This document shows, piece by piece, positions 36,660 to 51,055 of a stretch of DNA of 64,000 nucleotides (positions within the stretch are counted from its first letter, which is position 1; the number at the start of each line of letters is the position of its first letter). A program made the translations under genes and the position numbers. Source of the DNA: Octopus vulgaris (lineage: Eukaryota); NCBI GenBank assembly GCA_951406725.2, contig OX597836.1, positions 45,508,001-45,572,000 of the forward strand, written 5' to 3'. The notes below the pieces were generated by a model. The model was not told where the DNA came from and searched no databases. It saw only the letters and a list, made by a program, of their open reading frames with translations.

Positions 36660-37370
36660 ATGTTTATCAGTTGAAAGAAGGCAGTCTGGGTCAGATGCTT
36701 CTTTTGGTTGTCTCCACACGTAACTGGGCCGGTGGTCGGAAATAAGGTAAAGGATGACTCGTCCGAGAAAATAATATTCGTCCACTTCCTTAGGGACCAA
36801 TTCTGTAGGTTTTCACTCCGTTCTCAATGCTTTGCAATATTTGCTTTTGAAAGTTGTGGTTTTCTGATTGCAGCCCTCCCGTGAAATCCAGCTTTGTGCA
36901 GCCCCCGGCGAACAGGTTTTGTAGAAACTGGGTTCTCGAGGTGGTCATTAAGCTCTGCAGTAATTTTGGGAGCTATACTTTTGTGATTCTTTCTAACAAT
37001 TCGCATAAGAGTCCAACGGTCCCTACCTGAAAGTTTTGGTTTTCTTCCGGAGTTTTGTTTTGACAGGTAGGTTTTTCCCTTCTTTCTCAAAGGCTGTCAT
37101 TACTTTCGAGACAGTACTTCTTGATACACCAAACATTTCGGCTGTTTTAGTTACGCTGATGCCTGCCAAACGAGCACCAACAGTTTGACCTCTTTGAATT
37201 TTAATCACCGTTTTCAGATGATATCTGGAAAGAAACAGCAATTTTTTGCAAAACATATTAAGCAACAATAATAAATAAAAAATATAATAAACAAACTTTT
37301 GACGGTTTTACAGATATTTCAAAATTATGATGCTTTGATGCTTGGTGTTTCCATTATTTTGTCCAAGCCA
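36660..37370 (-). pseudogene. Tc1 transposase 5' fragment
   Basis: RGQTVGARLAGISVTKTAEMFGVSRSTVSKV; SGRKPKLSGRD; GFHGRAAIRKP. Confidence 0.85.
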
Positions 37371-37371
37371 T

Positions 37372-37435
<64 letters not shown>

Positions 37436-37936
37436 TCATGTATGTATGTATATTTCTGTATGTGTATAAATGTGTATAAATGTTTGTGAGAGATTTATTT
37501 ACCTTTTCGTCACTTTCTATTTTTCTTAATTAGTTTTACGTTTACCTGAGTTATTGCACCTGATGCTGTTGCCGCTGTTGCAGTTGCTGTTGATGTTGTT
37601 GCTGCAGAAGGTGTTATTTTTTGTTGTTCTTGGGTTTCTCGATTACTCGCTTCTTCGTGTTGCTTATTCCAAGAGAACAAGTAGGAGTTTATGATCCAGT
37701 TTCCGGAGACTTTGTCAGTTGAAATAATTTAATTACCTTTTTTTTGGTGCGTTCAGCATCACGAAAAATTCCCTGCAAACGTTGACGTATGGGTATTATC
37801 ATCTTTCTATCTACATATGTAAGTAGAACCTACCTACTTACCTACCTACCTACCTACCTACCTACTTACCTACCTACCTACCTACCTACCTACCTACCTA
37901 CCTACCTACCTGCCAGCCAGCCCGTCGGCCTATTTG

Positions 37937-38020
<84 letters not shown>

Positions 38021-38022
<2 letters not shown>

Positions 38023-39118
38023 AACACAACCAAAGCATTCTATAGGGGATTAGTGGAGGGGAGGTACGACGACGAGCTCGGGGCGAACCTGGACGTCGAC
38101 GAGGAGTACCTGACCCGCCTGTTCAGGACGACTTTCGGGCCAGGGCCCATGGACAACTTCCAGAGATCCCTGGCCTGGCAGTGTTACCGAGAAGCGCTAC
38201 CCGTTCGGGATAAGCTCTACAGACACGGCTCAAGAAACACGGGGCCGACCTGCCCGAGATACGATCAGAGCGACGAATCCGTTCTGCACGCACTCGTGCA
38301 GTGTCCAACAATTTCCGACCTGTGGGCTTGTGTCGAACAACTGCTGTCACGTGTGGGACGAGTCGGTTTATCAGCTGAGTCTATCGTCAATATTGTCGCG
38401 CCTCCTTCCTTCAAACGGGAAGGAAGAGCTATTTTCATCATCCTTGTGGCTATGGCGAAAGAATGTATCTGGTGGACGCGTCTGAAAGGATTGGAGACAA
38501 ACACTTTCCTCTCTGGTCAATCTCTCATCAACTTCTTCAAGTACCACTTGAAAAGGAAAGTGAGAGTAGAGAGGCAAGTTTTGTCTAGCGAATGTTTTAA
38601 AAAAAGATGGGTGAATGTAGCAAGGATGGCACGTATGAATGACGAAGCCACCTTGAGCATAATCCTATGAACCCAGAAATTGAAAACAGAGGGTTACCCA
38701 CTTGCAAACAAATGTGGTAACATATAACAATATTGACCAAGGTTACCGTGGTCTTTTTCGTAGGCTTTTCTTCCCACGGATAAACCTTACTTGCTTTCCC
38801 CTTTACACCATATATCATAACACTGTGATACACGATCCCTATCGATCGTTTTTTTTGCCTCTTCCCCTCTTTTTCCCCTTTTTTCTTCTTTTTTCATTTC
38901 TCTTTTCTTTTGTTCCTTTACCTTTTCTTCTTTTTTTATTTTTATTTTTTTATTTTCTATTTTATTTTTTTTGTTCTTTTTTTCCCTTTTGGTCGAAAAC
39001 CTACGCCACCCCTTTTTTTTGTTTCTTTTGTTTTTTGTTTTTTTCATCCCCCCAAAGAAAAGCTCTACCTTGTAACTTGTCCCATCTGTGTGCAGCCCTG
39101 TGTGGCCAATAAAGAAAC
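38021..39118 (+). mobile_element. 5'-truncated L1/Tx1-clade LINE (zf-RVT domain and 3' UTR) inside (TATC)n
   Basis: LAWQCYREALPV...TCPR...ESVLHALVQCP...IWWTR; T-rich UTR, AATAAA, (TATC)n on both sides. Confidence 0.8.
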
Positions 39119-39186
<68 letters not shown>

Positions 39187-39302
39187 ATATCTGTCTGTCT
39201 GTCTATCTCTCTATCTATCTATTTATCTGTATGTCTGTCTGTCTGTCAGTTTGTCTGTCTTCTGTCTGTCTGCCTGCAAGTCTGCTTGTCTATCTATCTA
39301 TA

Positions 39303-39367
<65 letters not shown>

Positions 39368-40344
39368 GTCTATCTCTCTATCTATCTGTCTATCTCTGTC
39401 TGTTTGTCTGTCTATCTATCTATATATTTATCATCCGTCTGTCTGTCTGCTTGCCTGTCTGTCTGTCCATCTATCTGTCTATCTCTCTATCTATCTCTAT
39501 TTCTCTCTGTCTCTGTCTTTTCTCCTATATAACTCTATTTCTAGAACTACGTGCTTAAAATAGATTTAAGTGGTTTTTACATTTCCACTTCTGTGATTGC
39601 TAAACGGTGAATAATTACCTGATTGTTTAGCCAACTGATGTGGAATAACGACGTTGGAATATTGCTTCTTTTTTTTATTTATTCTATAGCTGAATTTTGA
39701 TGAATATATTTACTATGCAGAGTCAAAAGACTGTTTAATCAACAGTAGTTACACCATTGACAAGGAGATAACACTTCACTGTTGACATGAATTCTTGTTA
39801 CGAATGACAAGGAGATAAATCGAAAAATTCAATTGATTAAAAATTACATAATAACTGTAATTTTTGTTTATGCAAATTTTTGATAATGTCACGATGGTAT
39901 TAAATAATTTTTGTTATTTTTTGCAGATGGACAATTTTTTCTTAAGTTGTCCATCTTTATAAAATGTATTTGTGCTTTATTTTTTTTTGCTATTTCAATG
40001 GTGGTTTGTCTGCATCAGAATTAATGTTTTTATTGTGTTTCGAAACGTAAATATTCTTTTTTTGTTAAGGTTGGGGTCTGAATAACATTTTGAATATCTT
40101 AACGATACAGTCATGCCTGTACCCCGTCACGCACTAATGTATAAGTGTGTGTGTGTTGTGTGTGTGTGTAAGCCAGTGTCTTGGCAAAAGATCAAAACCA
40201 TTGATATTACGAAGTTATTAAGCATCAACATTTTCCCATATTTTGGTTTAAATCAGGAAAAAGAAAAACAACGGAATAAACGAAGAAATACAGAAATGAC
40301 GAGCAAAGAAGCAGGAGGAGAGAAAGAGAGGATTATATAGAGGA

Positions 40345-41152
40345 AGTGAGAGAGAGAAAAGAGAGAGAGAGGGGGGAGGGGAGAAAGAGAAAGACAGAGA
40401 GAAAGAAAGAGAGGAGAAAGAGATGGAGAGAGAGAGGGAAAGAGAGAGAGAGAGAGGGGAGGGGAGGGGAGAAAGAGAAAGACAGAGAGAAAGAAAGAGA
40501 GGAGAAAGAGATGGAGAGAGAGAGAAAGAGAGAGAGAGAGGGAGGGAGGGGAGAAAGAGAAAGACAGAGAGAAAGAAAGAGAGGTGAAAGAGATGGAGAG
40601 AGAGAGGGAAAGAGAGAGGGAAAGAGAGAAAAAGAGAGAGAGGGGGAGGGGAGAAAGAGAAAGAAAGAGAGAAAGAAAGAGAGAAAGAAAGAGAGGAGAA
40701 AGAGATAGAGAGAGGCAGAGAGAGAGAGAGAGGGAAAGAGAGTGAGAAAAAGAGAGTATGAAAGAGAGAGAGAGAGAGCGTGGGAGGGGAGAAAGAGAAA
40801 GACAGAGAGAAAGAAAGAGAGAAAGAAAGAGAGGAGAAAGAGATAGAGAGAGGCAGAGAGAGAAAGAGAGGGAAAGAGAGTGAGAAAAAGAGAGTATGAG
40901 AGAGAGAGAGAGAGGGGGAGGGGAGAAAGAGAAAGACAGAGAGAAAGAAAGAGAAAGAGAGAGGGAAAGAGAGTGAGAAAAAGAGAGTATGAAAGAGAGA
41001 GAGAGGGAGGGGAGAAAGAGAAAGACAGAGATAAAGAAAGAGAGGAGAAAGAGATAGAGAGAGAGAGAGAGGGGGAAAGAGAGAGAGAGAGGGAAAGAGA
41101 GAGAGAGAGAAAAAGAGAGTATGAAAGAGAGAGAGAAAGTGAGACGGAGAAA
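40345..41152. repeat. Polypurine (GA-rich) tract with higher-order units
   Basis: Recurrent GGGGAGAAAGAGAAAGACAGAGAGAAAGAAAGAGA unit; almost no pyrimidines on plus strand. Confidence 0.9.
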
Positions 41153-41165
41153 GAGCGAGTAAATA

Positions 41166-41213
<48 letters not shown>

Positions 41214-41765
41214 ATGTGTGTGCGCCCTTAAGGGTATTCTATATTCAGAGTAAATTACATGGTTTACTAACTAGTAATTGTTATTCAATCGTGTAATTGC
41301 CCAGCGTGGTTCATAGTTACGAACACACACACACACACACACACACACACGCCACGCACAAACACACACACCACACTCACGACCGCCTACAACGGTGTTT
41401 CTTTTTTCCCCCTCGTTACGTAATGTTTTCTATCATGGTTTCATAATACTTTCTATATTACGCTATTACGATATCAAATATAGCTACACTGACTTCAGAC
41501 CGTTGACCTAACTGCTTACCTGTTCACCTAAAAAATCTGGGAGTCCATGCAGTTATGTCCTCACCCCCAGGGGTGTATAGAGAGGGGTATATAGAAACGG
41601 AGGAGGTGGGGGTGGAAGGTAAAGGTGTATCACAATAGGGTTCAGAAGATTTATTTTGCTGCTGAAAAAAAAAGAACCCCAAAAGCCGAAAAACTTTAAG
41701 GAATATTGTTATACCTTGGGACGGTCATATTTTGCCAATTAAACACACGCACTGTATGTTTGGTC

Positions 41766-41923
41766 CTTCTTCTTCTTCTTCTTCTTCTTCTTCTTCTTCT
41801 TCTTCTTCTTCTTCTTCTTCATCTTCATCATCTTCTTCTTCTTCTTCTTCTTCTTCTTCTTCTTCATCTTCTTCTTCTTCTTCATCTTCATCTTCTTCAT
41901 CTTCTTCATCTTCTTCATCTTCT

Positions 41924-41979
<56 letters not shown>

Positions 41980-42028
41980 ATCTTCATCTTCTTCTTCTTC
42001 TTCTTCTTCTTCTTCTCCTCCTCCTCCT
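41766..42028. repeat. (CTT)n microsatellite between inverted repeats 41703-41765 and 42123-42187
   Basis: Direct reading. Confidence 0.85.
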
Positions 42029-42611
42029 AAGCAGAACAAGACACGTGGGATGTTTGATAAAAGAGCTTTGACAAAGAAACAAAAACAAAATAATAATAAT
42101 AATAGTAAAGACCAAATAGTAAAGACCAAACATATAGTTCTTGTGTTTAAATGTCAAAATACGACCATTCCCAAGTATAACAATATTTGTTTCATCACAC
42201 AGTTTCACATCAAGAATCTTGCAAAACATACATAAACGTAAGAAATATTGTCTCACGTTCTACTGCTTCAACGACTCGATATCGTCATTGTCTTGTTTAA
42301 CTAACATCAGGGCTGTTTTATAGCTTTTAACTATAGTTATTCAGAGATTATATAATCCCTGAGATTAAGTTTATTTGCCAGTTTCTTTGTTTTCTGCTAA
42401 AAAAATATCTGCAAACTTAGTTGTAGCATTGAAGGATTCTCACAATCCAAATAGAGTTACTGTCACATTGTCGTGCAGTTACTGTTTATACCTCGTTCAG
42501 AGATTTATCATTGCTTGCAGACAGTTTTTCGAGATCAGTGACGAAAAGTTACTGGAAAAACGATATAAGTATTTGCTTTGAGACCTCCTTTCACCGAAAA
42601 CCGGTGATTGT

Positions 42612-42656
42612 CGTACGCTGATGACAGGTCAAAACCTAGAAACTGCAGTCCGTGCG
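42612..42656 (+). ncRNA. Canonical type-I hammerhead ribozyme
   Basis: CGUACG-CUGAUGA-CAGGU(CAAA)ACCUA-GAAAC-UGCA-GUC|CGUGCG. Confidence 0.85.
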
Positions 42657-43483
42657 TATCACTTAGGTTGACGAGGGAAGGATGACCTCCCTTTGAAAAT
42701 ACCATAAGTGCACAGAAAGTGTGCCTAAAGCCAGCTGGAGACGGTGTTCTCTTGGGGCTACAATCTACAGTAACACCCACCCTTAGTGGTTAGCCATATT
42801 GAGATGGCAAGTGTACCTCACTGATTATTTTTCAATAAATACAGAACTGTGGACAAATAAATTTCTGTTGTGTTCTTGTTAATGCTCCCGTGACAGATGA
42901 CGACATTTTTGAGGCAGAAAATATCTTTGGAGTTCAAAAGAGTGGATAACCTTTTGTATAAGCAGTGATTATCAATTATTTGTTAGATAAAAGACTTTTC
43001 GGATCTGAAATTGACAGGGAATTGGATTGAATGAGTTGTGCTTTACCCTCACTGTTATTCTTAGAACATTTTTAGAGAATACAAAAACGTTGATCTTATG
43101 TATCTTGTAGGAGTTTCATGTGAAATTGAATAACGCTAAAAAAAATCAGTGATGTCAAGCGTAAAGATTGACTAAGCGTCATTTGTATCGCGATGCCGGA
43201 TGATTAATGATTAAAAGAATGGGAACATGACATGACTGTGTGGTTAAACGGCTCGTTTCCCAGATGCATACTCCCGGGTTCGATTCCTCATTGCGGCGTC
43301 TTCTAACACAGGGCTATTGTCTTGGCTTGACCGATGCTTTTTAATAAAATTTGGGAGACAGATACAGCTCTTTGTATGAATGTACGTATGTATATGCGTT
43401 TGTGTGAGCATACATACATACATACATACATACATCCATCCATACACACATGCTTACATACATACATGCATACATACATACAT

Positions 43484-43843
43484 GAGTGGCTGTGTGGTAA
43501 GTAGTTTGCTAACCAACCACACGGTTGCGGGTTCAGTCCCACTGCGTGGCATCTTGGGCAAGTGTCTTCTGCTATAGCACCGAGCCGACCAATGCCTTGT
43601 GAGTGGATTTGGTAGACGGAAACTGAAAGAAGCCTGTCGTATATATGTATATATATGTATATGTGTGTGTGTTTGTGTGTCTGTGTTTGTCCCCTAGCAT
43701 TGCTTGACAACCGATGCCGGTGTGTTTACGTCCCCGTCACTTAGCGGTTCGGCAAAAAGAGACCGATAGAATAAGTACTAAAAGGTGGTGCTCCAGCATG
43801 GCCGCAGTCAAATGACTGAAACAAGTAAAAGAGAGAAAAAGAG
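43484..43843 (+). mobile_element. SINE family A, ~40-nt deletion subfamily
   Basis: AAGTACT joined directly to AAAAGGTGG. Confidence 0.9.
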
Positions 43844-44121
43844 TATGTACATACATACATACATACATACATACATACATACATACACACATGCATACAT
43901 ACATACATACATATTTACATACATACATACATACATTCATACATACATGTACATACATACATACATACACACATACATACATACATACATACACACATAC
44001 ATACATACATACATACATACATACATACATACATACATACATACATGTACATACATACATACATACATACATACATACATACCTACATACCTACATACAT
44101 ACATACATACATGTACATACA

Positions 44122-44155
<34 letters not shown>

Positions 44156-44230
44156 CATACATACATACATGTACATACATACAAACATACATACATACAT
44201 ACATACATACATACATACATACATACATAC

Positions 44231-44261
<31 letters not shown>

Positions 44262-44262
44262 C

Positions 44263-44293
<31 letters not shown>

Positions 44294-44476
44294 CATACAT
44301 ACAGACAGACGGACAAACATACATACATATTTCCTTATTAATTTTTAAAATTATCAATGATAAACAAAAAATTGTCAAAGCTGGTTTGGTATTCTGATAG
44401 ATCTGTTACAAATTTAAAAATGACTACAAAAACAAATTCTAGATTTTTTCCTGCGTGGGAAAAACAATTCTTTTCT

Positions 44477-44543
<67 letters not shown>

Positions 44544-44590
44544 TATACATACACACACACAAACATAATTACATAGTGGAAGATGTTTGT

Positions 44591-44976
44591 GGGAAGCACT
44601 CCGTCGGTTACGACGACGAGGGTTCCGGTTGATCCGAATCAACGGAACAGCCTGCTCGTGAAATTAACGCGTAAGTGGCTGAGCACTCCACAGACACGTG
44701 TACCCTTAACGTAGTTCTCGGGGATATTCAACGTGACACAGAGAGTGACAAGGCCGGCCCTTTGAAATACAGGTACAACAGAAACAGGAAGTAAGAGTGA
44801 GAGAAAGTTGTGGTGAAAGAGTACAGCAGGGATCACCACCATCCCTGCCGGAGCCTCGTGGAGCTTTTTTAGGTGTTTTCGCTCAATAAACACTCACAAC
44901 GCCCGGTCTGGGAATCGAAACCGCGATCCTATGACCGCGAGTCCGCTGCCCTAACCACTGGGCCATTGCGCCTCCA
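44591..44976 (-). mobile_element. SINE family B
   Basis: TSD GGAAGATGTTTGT at 44578-44590 and 44978-44990. Confidence 0.92.
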
Positions 44977-44977
44977 C

Positions 44978-45119
44978 GGAAGATGTTTGTAAGCCATTTA
45001 AGAACACACAAAAACCGTTAGTTTCACTTTAACATTTAAATTTATAAATATAAATTTGAATGTTGAAGTTAAATTAACGGTTTCGGTGCCTTTTTAAATG
45101 ACTTACAAACACCTTCCAC
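44978..45119. repeat. Hairpin/MITE-like inverted repeat (~67-bp arms) whose left arm received the SINE B insertion
   Basis: GGAAGATGTTTGTAAGCCATTTAA ... TTAAATGACTTACAAACACCTTCC. Confidence 0.7.
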
Positions 45120-46243
45120 GCTGCATTTGTTTTTGTTTCAGCACACGATCTCAGATCAAGTCACTTGCTATGCATAAATATATATATATTTATATTTATA
45201 TGTATGTGTATTCGTGTGTGTGTATGTGTGTGTGTGTGTGTCTGTTCGTGTGTGTGTGTGTGTATCGATGCAATAAATGAGCGTAGGTGATAAAGTAAAA
45301 CAAAACTTCCCGTCATCCATCTCAAGATAATGTATTTGCTAGAGGACTCTGTTAGTGACTGTTCATCTTTAGGCAGTTAGGGTCTTGGTTAGCGCCTGTG
45401 CTATCATGAGATATTGGTTTGAAGAAAGACAAGGAATCTTGCAGAGAAAGTTCACCAACTAACTTCCAGCCTGAGTTAATAAGGTAGCCCCTACATAGTC
45501 ACCGATTCTGCTATGAATGGCGGTTAAATACCCTTTAAACCACAGCCTGCAGTTATAACAGAAATAGCGTGTTACAAAATGTAGTTCTAATACACTATGG
45601 GTATAAAAAAAACCCTATGATAACACTGGGAATATCTTTAATCCTAGATCTACTTGATTAGGGCTGACCTAAGGTTAAATAACAACAACAACAACAGCAA
45701 CAACTACAACATTCAAGTAAAGAACTTTAAATTAGTTAACAGCGAATTTCACCAATATTAAATTCATATTTGATATCTTTCAAAGAAACGCTTTGTTCTC
45801 CAAGTTAATTTTTTACGCCATTAACAACAAACACATTGCAAAGAAAACTCGCAACAACATGAGTAAAAACGATAACAAGCGTATAAACGGTAATATAATT
45901 TTAAAGACTACAACTAAGTAAGTAATTGAAAAATATTGATTTCATAATAAGTTATTGATTTTGCAGGTAGGTGAAACCAAATGATTCAAAATATATAAAC
46001 TAAAATATTTATTGCCTTCAACAGAGAGATGCGGTTGGTAACGTTTAATACTTGTATGACAATAATGTGTATCTTGGCCGATATATTAATGTTGTGTCTT
46101 ATTTAGAAAGTTTCAAATCAAACAGTCAAGCGTTCGTGCCCGTTTAGCGAGTAACACACCTATTCATACATGTACATGCACACACATTACAATACACACA
46201 CACACACGTAATAAGGTTAACTCTAGCGTTAATACACAAATGA

Positions 46244-46320
<77 letters not shown>

Positions 46321-46323
46321 ATA

Positions 46324-46367
<44 letters not shown>

Positions 46368-46401
46368 GATAGATAGATATAGATATTTATACATAGATAC
46401 T

Positions 46402-46465
<64 letters not shown>

Positions 46466-46514
46466 AAACAAGTCAAAAATAGAAAATGCTAAAATAATTT
46501 TATAGTGAACATTT

Positions 46515-46552
46515 CAGTACCGGTTTCGGTCATTTTGAGACCTTTTCAACTG
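46515..46552 (-). ncRNA. Variant hammerhead motif
   Basis: CAG-UUGAAAA-GGUC(UCAAAAU)GACC-GAAAC-CG-GUA|CUG. Confidence 0.5.
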
Positions 46553-46689
46553 TAACGATTAAATAATTAAATTTAGAAAAATTAGAAGAAAAGTTTTTTT
46601 AAAGGAATATTTCTATAGTAGTGTTCAGATATAAGTGGCATTCTGCCTTTCTCTGACTCCCTTGTTTGCACTTGTGTGTTGGAGGTCGT

Positions 46690-46736
<47 letters not shown>

Positions 46737-46772
46737 GATACTTAATATATATATATATATATATACGTAGAT

Positions 46773-46839
<67 letters not shown>

Positions 46840-46937
46840 ATCAATATAAGGGTAACAAAAAATTCAAGAAAAATTTTCTGCCACCAGCGGTCAAGTGAGA
46901 AAATAGAAATAGTCACAGACTATATGATACATTCAAC

Positions 46938-47339
46938 AAAATATTAAGGAATGACCCTGAGAAGGTCGTTCGACTCACTTGAAAAGAGCAGCTAAAACTC
47001 AAAACCGCAAAAAATAGTAATTCTGAAACTAGAGGAAAATAAAAAAACATTTATCCCCTTCAAACTTTGTACCCTGCAAGGTTTCAACATCTTCACGCAA
47101 TCAAATTTAATTAAATTAAATTAAATCCGTTTACGCTTGGCTTGTCTCGTCAGCAAAGTCACCAAAATAGGAGGCAGATATATATACACGAGGCTACACC
47201 ATCTAAGCCTCGGGTCTATATATCGTAAATTTTCGAATTTTCCTCTAGTTTCAGAATTACTATTTTTTGCGGTTTTGAGTTTTAGCTGCTCTTTTCAAGT
47301 GAGTCGAACGACCTTCTCAGGGTCATTCCTTAATATTTT
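46938..47339. repeat. Perfect ~103-bp inverted repeats enclosing a hammerhead
   Basis: 46938-47040 versus 47237-47339. Confidence 0.9.
47065..47158 (-). ncRNA. Canonical type-I hammerhead with long stem II
   Basis: CUUUG-CUGACGA-GACA...UGUU-GAAACCU(UGCA)GGGUA|CAAAG. Confidence 0.8.
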
Positions 47340-47546
47340 ATATATATATATATATGTATATATATATTCGCGTTCAGACCTGATAATTTGCTCCGTCACT
47401 ATCTCAAGTTTCTTGCTGCTTGTATACATATGTTCACGCGCATAAACACATGAATATATTCAAACGTCTCTTTTGTGTGTAATAAACGAAGAAGGACTCA
47501 ATGCATGTGGTTGAGTAAATGATTTATTTAAACAGAATACTTATCA

Positions 47547-47583
47547 CACGACTCGAGTTTCACGTCATTGAGATCTTCAGGTG
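47547..47583 (-). ncRNA. Minimal type-I hammerhead
   Basis: CAC-CUGAAGA-UCUCAAUGACGU-GAAAC-UCGA-GUC|GUG. Confidence 0.75.
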
Positions 47584-48144
47584 AAAATCATAACAGCTTT
47601 TTTATGGCTGTTCATTTACCGCCATTAACGTATTCATGGTCTGTTGTTTGTGTCGGTTGGTTAGTTCGTTATTTTTGGTGTTTTTTTATTAAGGAGGTTG
47701 TTTAAATGTTTGTATTTCGTTTCGTCACTTTATTATTATTGAATTTATGGAGAAATACCTTTTATTGTGATGCTGTAAAATTTTTAAATTTGTTATCTCG
47801 TTTTAATGTGATAAAGTGTCTCTAGTTTATTTGAAGATATTTGTTTACGGAAAAATATTAGAGAATGTTTTGTATTGTATTCCATAGTTTGTGACATTAA
47901 GCTTCATGGTTGAGAGATTGGTGGATGGCTTTGGTGGACAACATGGTTAATGTGTGTGTGTGCTTGAATTTTGTTTTAGTTAAGATTAAAACGTTTCAAG
48001 ACGAGGGTGTGTATGGGTGTGTATGGGTGTGTATGGGTGCGTAGGTGTGTTTGTGCTTTTGGTCAAAGCCTGTTTTATTTCTTTTTGAAGACATTCACAA
48101 GAATCTAACCATAAACAACCTGACCAAATTAAACATACAATATC

Positions 48145-48193
<49 letters not shown>

Positions 48194-48265
48194 AATGTTT
48201 TTTTTAAGCAGTGTCGATTTTACAATTCGGTAACCAATAATAATACTATTTTATAAGCTTTGAAG

Positions 48266-48307
<42 letters not shown>

Positions 48308-48324
48308 TTTTATTCTTTTAGTAA

Positions 48325-48745
48325 TAATGAGACTGCAAGTTCATTTACCAGCTGAACAAAGAATATTGCTCAGAAATTATGAGGATATATGGCTGTCAAT
48401 GAGCGACATATGAGAACAACATTGATAGAATTCTTTTCATTGTGCATCAATAGGGATTTCGCAAATCATTACTTTATGCTGAAAAGCCCATGTACTTCAC
48501 TTGGAACAGTAATAACAAAGTATGGCAAAGAAGAAATCGAAGAAAGGAAGTTGAAGGCCATTTGAATGTTTTCAAAGAAGAAACACTTGATCGTATTTAT
48601 GTTGTCACACCAAAGGCAGGAGAACTGTGTTTCTTCAGAATTTTATTGCATGAAGTTCGAAATAGAATTGTTTCCTTTCCTGCTGCGCATCAGCATTTTC
48701 AACTTGGAGTAGTTGTGACCCAACGGGTCACGGCCGGTGCATTTA
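48325..48745 (+). pseudogene. Helitron Rep/helicase fragment with 3'-type hairpin
   Basis: YFTWNSNNKVWQRR...RIYVVTPKAGELCFFRILLHEV; hairpin GTGACCCAACGGGTCAC at 48715-48731. Confidence 0.7.
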
Positions 48746-48957
48746 GGAAACACTCACAGACACACGACATGCACTTACATATTTAAACATACAGACATAC
48801 AGACATACAGTACAAATATACATATATCCAGAATTATAAGTCGGTTCTTTATATTTAAATATGAACAAATACACATACACGCGTACATACAATTACACAC
48901 GCACACACACAGGTACACACGCGCACACGCATACAAACACACAAACACACACATATA

Positions 48958-49348
48958 CTCTTTTACTCTTTTACTTGTTTAAGTCATTTGACTGCGGCCA
49001 TGCTGGAGCACCACCTTTAATCGAGCAACTCGACCCCGGGACTTATTCTTTTGTAAGCCCAGTACTTATTCTATCGGTCTCTTTTGCTGAACCGCTAATT
49101 GACGGGGACATAAACATACCAGCATCGGTTGTCAAGCAATGCTAGGGGGACAAACACAGACACACAAACACACATATGTATATACATATATACGACGGGC
49201 TTCTTTCACTTTCTGTCTACCAAATCCACTCACAAGGCTTTGGGAGGCCCGAGGCTATAGCAGAAGACACTTGCCCAAGGTGCCACGCAGTGGGACTGAA
49301 CCCAGAACCATGTGGCTGGTAAACAAGCTACTTACCACACAGCCACTC
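48958..49348 (-). mobile_element. SINE family A
   Basis: Body and tail match. Confidence 0.9.
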
Positions 49349-49611
49349 ATATATACATGATGTAACCACACGTGCTTTTCTTGGTCTTTTTCTTTCCCTC
49401 TGGACAAGAAAAACTTTATACACCCAGTCTTTACCCCATAGTCATTACATTATTCCGAGGGTCCTTCCATATTACTCTATTGTAGTAAACTCGACTTACA
49501 ACTGTTTCCACTTGTCATTACAGGTTCATTATTGATTGGTTTACTCAATCGGTTGAGGAAAATTGAACGACCACATTTCTGGTTCTATCTATCCATCTAT
49601 CTATTTATCTA

Positions 49612-49848
49612 CCTCTGTGATAACGATCCCTATTGATCAATTTTTTCCTTTCCCTTTTTTTCCCTCACCTCTCCCTTAAAAAATTTTTTTAAATTTTATT
49701 TTATCCCCCCCTTTTTTTGTCCTCTTTCTTTCCATTTACGATCCCTTTTGATCGAAAACCAAACCCCCTTCTTTTACCCCCGAAAGAAAAGCTCTACCTT
49801 GTAATTTTGTCCTGTCTGTGTGCAGCCCTGTGTGGCTAATAAAGAAAC
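49612..49848 (+). mobile_element. 3' UTR fragment of the same Tx1-like LINE, again in (TATC)n
   Basis: AAAGAAAAGCTCTACCTTGTAA...GCAGCCCTGTGTGGCTAATAAAGAAAC shared with 39053-39118. Confidence 0.8.
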
Positions 49849-49856
49849 ATATCTAC

Positions 49857-49957
<101 letters not shown>

Positions 49958-50285
49958 CATCTATCTATCTATCTTTTTTCTTTCTATCTATTAACATGTG
50001 TGTGTGTATGTGTGTGTGAGCTTGTAGAACCATTTGCACGGAGAGCATTATATATATCTATATCACCGTGATCACCGTGACCGACCAGGCCTTCAAATGA
50101 CGCCACCCCGCTGGCTAAGCGGGTAGGCCAATACACACACACATACACACACTTATGTATGTATGTATGTATGTATGTATGTATGTATGTATGTATGTAT
50201 GTATGTATGTATGTATGTATGTATGTGTATCTATGCATATATCTATGTATGTCTCTTTCTCTTTACGTATGTATGTATATGTACA

Positions 50286-50316
<31 letters not shown>

Positions 50317-51055
50317 TTATATAACATGTATGTGTGTGTGTGTGTGTGCTTGTTTGTGTGTGTGTCAACAAAACAAGATGGGAAAATAGTCTTCAAATAC
50401 TAAAAAGTAGAGCAAAATTTTATTTTACTAAAACTGATTTGTATTCAGTTTCACGTGACCTTTCATCCGACAGTTGTGATAATGTAGAATAATGAAATTT
50501 TATAAATTGTGAGTATATATAATATTTAGTAGAATGATTTATTAATCTGAAAAATAATGGTGCATAAATGGCCGCCAACGGAAGTTGACCATTGCAGAGA
50601 TATAAGTATAAGCAATAAATAAATCGAAAATCTTTGTTTGAAACGAGTAAAAAAAAAACAAACAAAAAAAACTGAATAAATTAGAATATATCAGGAAATA
50701 TAAATTACCAATTTTCATGAGAAATATAATAAAAGTAAAAAAATTGGGGGACGGTTTAAATTGAAGTTAAATTAAAATTCATGTTTTAAAGTTACAGTTG
50801 AGATTAAAATGAGTAAAGAAATAAAAAATACACCAAAGGAAGGAAAAGTGAAGGAAAGAATGGAGTAAGAAGGAAGGTAGAAAAGAAAAGAAAGAAACTT
50901 AAGGAAATAAAGAGAGAATGGGGAAATAACTATGAAAAGCGATGTTAGAGGAAGAGATGAAGAGATAACATGACGCCACATATATATAAAATCTGATGTG
51001 ACATAACGAAAAATACTTACGGTGGAGAAGGTGGTGATGGTAATATAATATATAT

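Noticed and set aside
40253-42256. Poly-LS/ER and poly-S/E/K ORFs
   Set aside because: Products of GA-rich and (CTT)n repeats
50415-50600. CGGAUGA..GAAACUGA hammerhead-like string and AAATGGCCGCC/CGGAAG promoter-like words
   Set aside because: Core and stem I are poor; short words are expected by chance without expression data
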